Source: Myxococcota bacterium (lineage in GTDB: Bacteria; Myxococcota_A; UBA9160; JAFDDA01). Taken from it: a DNA stretch of 64,000 nt. Made by a program: the position numbers and the translations under genes. Shown piece after piece: positions 61,076-64,000 of the stretch. Below the pieces are notes generated by a model that saw nothing but the letters and a program-made list of their open reading frames with translations, was not told the DNA's origin and ran no database searches. The stretch lies in assembly GCA_965228475.1 (NCBI GenBank), contig OZ245817.1, positions 4,320,001-4,384,000 of the forward strand, given 5' to 3'. Every line of letters begins with the position of its first letter. Positions within the stretch are counted from its first letter, which is position 1.

Positions 61076-61333
61076 CTACCGAGCAGCTGAAGGAAAGCCC
61101 CGAAGCAACCCGGCCACGCTCAAGTCCTCATCGAGGTCCGGCCAATGAATGCCCGCACCGTCTCCGAGGAACTCGTAGTTCTCTCTCTGCTCGACGGTTG
61201 CCCGAGCAAGCCTTGGAAACCAAGCAAGGGGAGCAGCAACACGACGGCCATCCGCAAGAACGACCATGAGCTCATCTTCTGAGAAAGAGAGCTCCTTAAC
61301 GCGGGGATCAACGCTCGGCTGCGAAGAACTCAT
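61076..61333 (-). CDS. DUF2442 protein (putative antitoxin)
   Basis: LADGRRVAAPLAWFPRL, GIHWPDLDEDLSV. Confidence 0.88.
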   Translation of the reverse strand: MSSSQPSVDPRVKELSFSEDELMVVLADGRRVAAPLAWFPRLARATVEQRENYEFLGDGAGIHWPDLDEDLSVAGLLRGFPSAAR

Positions 61334-61550
61334 GCCAAGCCTCCTCGAACTGGTCACGGTGCTCCTCAACAAGACGCTCGATCCGACGTAGCTCGTGAGC
61401 AGCGAACCCGACGGAAGATGCTAGCGCGACAGGCCGAACCCAGAACTTGCACAAGGCTTGCTCACGCTGAACATGGATGTGGACCGGCTCTAACCCCTCG
61501 TTTGAAAAGAAGAAGAACCGATAAGGCCCGATTCGTTTAACCGTGGGCAT
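61308..61550 (-). CDS. DUF4160 protein (putative toxin)
   Basis: GPYRFFFFSNE...EPVHIHV...KFW...AWHEFF. Confidence 0.88.
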   Translation of the reverse strand: MPTVKRIGPYRFFFFSNEGLEPVHIHVQREQALCKFWVRPVALASSVGFAAHELRRIERLVEEHRDQFEEAWHEFFAAER

Positions 61551-61578
61551 GGGATGAGCCTACCGAAGCCGCCGCGCT

Positions 61579-61711
61579 GCCCAACGGATCAGGCCTTCAG
61601 CGGCGCCAAGGGCGCTGACACTCAGCGCTGCACCACCGTGGCCGACGCCAGAATCCTACCACGGCACTTTGAGCCCGAGCCCTTGGCGTCCGCTGCAAGG
61701 CCTTGTTAGGC
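61579..61711 (-). repeat. attC (main family)
   Basis: gcccaac...gttaggc. Confidence 0.93.
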
Positions 61712-61722
61712 GGCACGCCTGC

Positions 61723-61977
61723 TCACTCGTAGCCCTTGCCGGCCAGAAGGAACTGAGCGAACTGCCGCCAGAGATTCGAGGTGTCAATCCCAGTGGACGC
61801 CCCGAAATCTGAATCTTCTGCCCAGGCGTGACCGGCTTCGAGAAACTCCTCGATCGTGCCGCTCTCCCACCCCGACGCACCGGCGGCGCAGTCTCGCTCC
61901 ATGGCCTTCGCGAACGCCAAGAAAGTCCGAGCGTCCCGAACGCCAGCAACAAGGTCTTCGGGCCTGCCCGATGCCAC
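61723..61977 (-). CDS. Cassette: small hypothetical protein (possible immunity-like family)
   Basis: WESGTIEEFLEA...W...WRQFAQFLLAGKGYE. Confidence 0.7.
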   Translation of the reverse strand: MASGRPEDLVAGVRDARTFLAFAKAMERDCAAGASGWESGTIEEFLEAGHAWAEDSDFGASTGIDTSNLWRQFAQFLLAGKGYE

Positions 61978-61985
61978 TTCGTGCC

Positions 61986-62119
61986 GCCTAACGGATCAGG
62001 CCTTCAGCAGCGCCGAGGGCGCTGACTCTCAACGCCGCACTACCGAGACCGACGCCAGAATCCTACCACGCAGCAGTTGGGCAGGAGCCCTTGGCGTCTG
62101 CTGCAAGGCCTTGTTAGGC
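61986..62119 (-). repeat. attC (main family)
   Basis: gcctaac...gttaggc. Confidence 0.93.
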
Positions 62120-62413
62120 GGCGGGCCCCGGCGCCTCGAACTCTCGGAGAATGGCCTTCAACTTCTCTTCTCGAAGCAGCAGGGAGTAGTTGAGGGCGGC
62201 GATGCCGAGAAGAGATGCCGCTGCGGGGAGACTCGAGAAGCTCAGTACCCGAACTCCAGTGAAGCGTTCGAGCGCGAGAACGCCGAACACCAAACCAATC
62301 ATCTCGGCCGCGGAGAGTAGGAACCAAGCCATATCTTCAGGTGCGTAGTAGCGGGGCGAGCTAGGCGAGAGGAGATAGAGCCGGTAGAACAAATAGCGGT
62401 ATCCACGAAGCAC
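62114..62413 (-). CDS. Cassette: small membrane protein
   Basis: YRYLFYRLY, two TM helices; stop in R''. Confidence 0.65.
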   Translation of the reverse strand: MLRGYRYLFYRLYLLSPSSPRYYAPEDMAWFLLSAAEMIGLVFGVLALERFTGVRVLSFSSLPAAASLLGIAALNYSLLLREEKLKAILREFEAPGPAA

Positions 62414-62424
62414 CCGTTCCCGCC

Positions 62425-62558
62425 GCCTAACGGATCAGGCCTTCAGCAGCGCCGAGGGCGCTGACTCTCAACGCCGCACTACCGAGACCGACGCCAGAAT
62501 CCTACCACGCAGCAGTTGGGCACGAGCCCTTGGCGTCTGCTGATAGGCCTTGTTGGGC
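62425..62558 (-). repeat. attC (main family)
   Basis: gcctaac...gttgggc. Confidence 0.93.
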
Positions 62559-63023
62559 GGCTGGAACAATCCGCTGGCTTACGCTGACTACAACAGGCGA
62601 GTCCTCACTGAGAGTCAGAAACACGAGGAAGCGACTGGTTAGCCACGACAGGTACCTGCGAAATCTCGTTCCGGGCGAGGGCGTCCCTGGGCCGAACTGA
62701 GAACTCAGGGCTGACTCGTACTCACCGAATGCCAGCCCAGCCTCCTCATCGCTGGCGAAGGAGAGGTTGACGCCGACTGAGATCACGGAGCCGTCTCTGC
62801 AGAAGTAGGCGATCTCGGCTTCCCGATTGCCATGAGTTCCCGAGAACATCAAGATCGAGTCGCCGATCTCTGACGGCGATGAACCCTTGAAGCGCGACCC
62901 TTCGCGCCGCTCAGCGTCGAGGATCGCAGCGCAATCTTCGCCCAAACCGACGCTGCGCAGTTGATAGCTCTCGCCGTTATCGGATACGAGCATGGCCAGG
63001 GCTACTGTGAGTTCTCGAATCAA
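62502..63023 (-). CDS. Cassette: hypothetical protein reading into its attC
   Basis: No stop before R''; terminates inside attC. Confidence 0.55.
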   Translation of the reverse strand: MIRELTVALAMLVSDNGESYQLRSVGLGEDCAAILDAERREGSRFKGSSPSEIGDSILMFSGTHGNREAEIAYFCRDGSVISVGVNLSFASDEEAGLAFGEYESALSSQFGPGTPSPGTRFRRYLSWLTSRFLVFLTLSEDSPVVVSVSQRIVPAAQQGLSADAKGSCPTAAW

Positions 63024-63028
63024 GCGCT

Positions 63029-63161
63029 GCCCAACGGATCAGGCCTTCAGCGGCGCCAAGGGCGCTGACACTCAGCGCTGCGCCACCACGGCCGACGCCA
63101 GAATCCTACCACGACACTTTGAGCCCGAGCCCTTGGCGTCCGCTGAAAGGCCTTGTTAGGC
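63029..63161 (-). repeat. attC (main family)
   Basis: gcccaac...gttaggc. Confidence 0.93.
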
Positions 63162-63167
63162 GGCGGG

Positions 63168-63689
63168 CTATTCGACCTCTGGCGTTCGGGAAACCTCTCT
63201 TCCGCCTTCATAGGTAACGGCGGTTCGGGCCGATCCGTCCGGCTCGTAGAACCGCCACACGCCGACCCGTTTGCCGACATCATGACGGCCATCCGACTTG
63301 AGGGAACCATTGGGGTGCCAAGTGCGAAAGACGCCATGCAGCTCGTTGGAACGCCACTCGGCGAGGATCTTCTTCGTTCCGTTCGGGTACCAGTGCGTGG
63401 CCAACTGTTCGCCTGAGCCGAGGTGCCGCCTTTCGGATTCGGCGCGGCCATTCGAGTCAAAGGACACCCACGAACCAGACTCGACTCCCTTGCGGTGCCA
63501 GCCAATCGTTTGAAGGTGACCGGAGTCGTCGAAGTGCAGGAGTTGGCCCTCCAGCGAACCGTCCGGCCAAGTACAGCCAATTGTGCCGTTCGTCTCGTGT
63601 AGCGAGGTTCCGCTCGGGCAGCGAAGAACTGCCTCACTTGCACATCCTACGGCGAGGATTGAGAGAGTGACCGCGAGCGAACGAATGAT
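63168..63689 (-). CDS. Cassette: MORN-variant repeat (YwqK-like) lipoprotein
   Basis: WYPNG/WHPNG/FYEPDG repeats; frame open up to IIRSLAVTLSILAVGC. Confidence 0.7.
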   Translation of the reverse strand: MIRSLAVTLSILAVGCASEAVLRCPSGTSLHETNGTIGCTWPDGSLEGQLLHFDDSGHLQTIGWHRKGVESGSWVSFDSNGRAESERRHLGSGEQLATHWYPNGTKKILAEWRSNELHGVFRTWHPNGSLKSDGRHDVGKRVGVWRFYEPDGSARTAVTYEGGREVSRTPEVE

Positions 63690-63699
63690 ACTTCCCGCC

Positions 63700-63833
63700 G
63701 CCTAACGGATCAGGCCTTCAGCAGCGCCGAGGGCGCTGACATTCAACGCTGCACTACCGAGACCGACGCCAGAATCCTACCACGCAGCATTTGGGAATGA
63801 GCCCTTGGCGTCTGCTGCAAGGCCTTGTTGGGC
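63700..63833 (-). repeat. attC (main family)
   Basis: gcctaac...gttgggc. Confidence 0.93.
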
Positions 63834-64000
63834 TGCGGGCTACAGAGTCAATAAGCGAGAAAGTCGGACAACTGCGATTGCCACTCCTCTAGGGGGTGAC
63901 TCGCCAACACGCAGATTGCCAAACCAGCCGCTTCGATCTCGCTGAGCGTCGCGACCTGCAGCCCGGTCGGAGCGAGATCCGATGGAGAAAGCACTTCGTT

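Larger units (their letters stand above)
41908..64000 (-). mobile_element. Integron gene cassette array (superintegron-like), truncated at the right edge; intI not in window
   Basis: 39 imperfect inverted repeats RYYYAAC...GTTRRRY separate single short ORFs that almost all lie on the minus strand. Confidence 0.95.

Noticed and set aside
45000..63700. Many plus-strand and attC-spanning ORFs with recurring peptides (TDQAFSSAEGAD, PPNKALQQTPR)
   Set aside because: Translations of the attC repeat, not genes
45084..63833. Repeats as a CRISPR array or REP/MITE family
   Set aside because: Repeats are ~134 bp with RYYYAAC/GTTRRRY ends and gene-sized spacers; no cas genes or target duplications

Overview
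GC-rich bacterial chromosome segment; the gene set suggests a Myxococcota/deltaproteobacteria-like host (inference). 1-23.2 kb is housekeeping: SDR, larC-larB, PEP-CTERM protein + phoD, response regulator, thiL, lon, LpoA-like lipoprotein, dnaJ-dnaK-grpE-hrcA, hemW, M16 peptidase, ggt, cyclophilin, tRNA-Phe. 23.3-27.3 kb is an ECF sigma/anti-sigma/Spy-like/heme peroxidase cluster. 27.4-41.9 kb is a run of short, mostly minus-strand accessory genes with eroded attC relics. 41.9-64 kb is a large integron gene-cassette array (39 attC sites counted by eye, mostly one ~133-134 bp family) that runs off the right edge; no intI is in the window. Main observations: (1) nearly all attC sites, including divergent types, carry a TGG-TAnnnT extended -10-like motif pointing at the next cassette; (2) there are eight ORF-less cassettes in three families, including a near-identical duplicate and a four-copy run; (3) attC decay towards the left suggests cassettes being absorbed into the chromosome; (4) a structured leader with a tRNA T-loop motif lies upstream of an SPFH gene.
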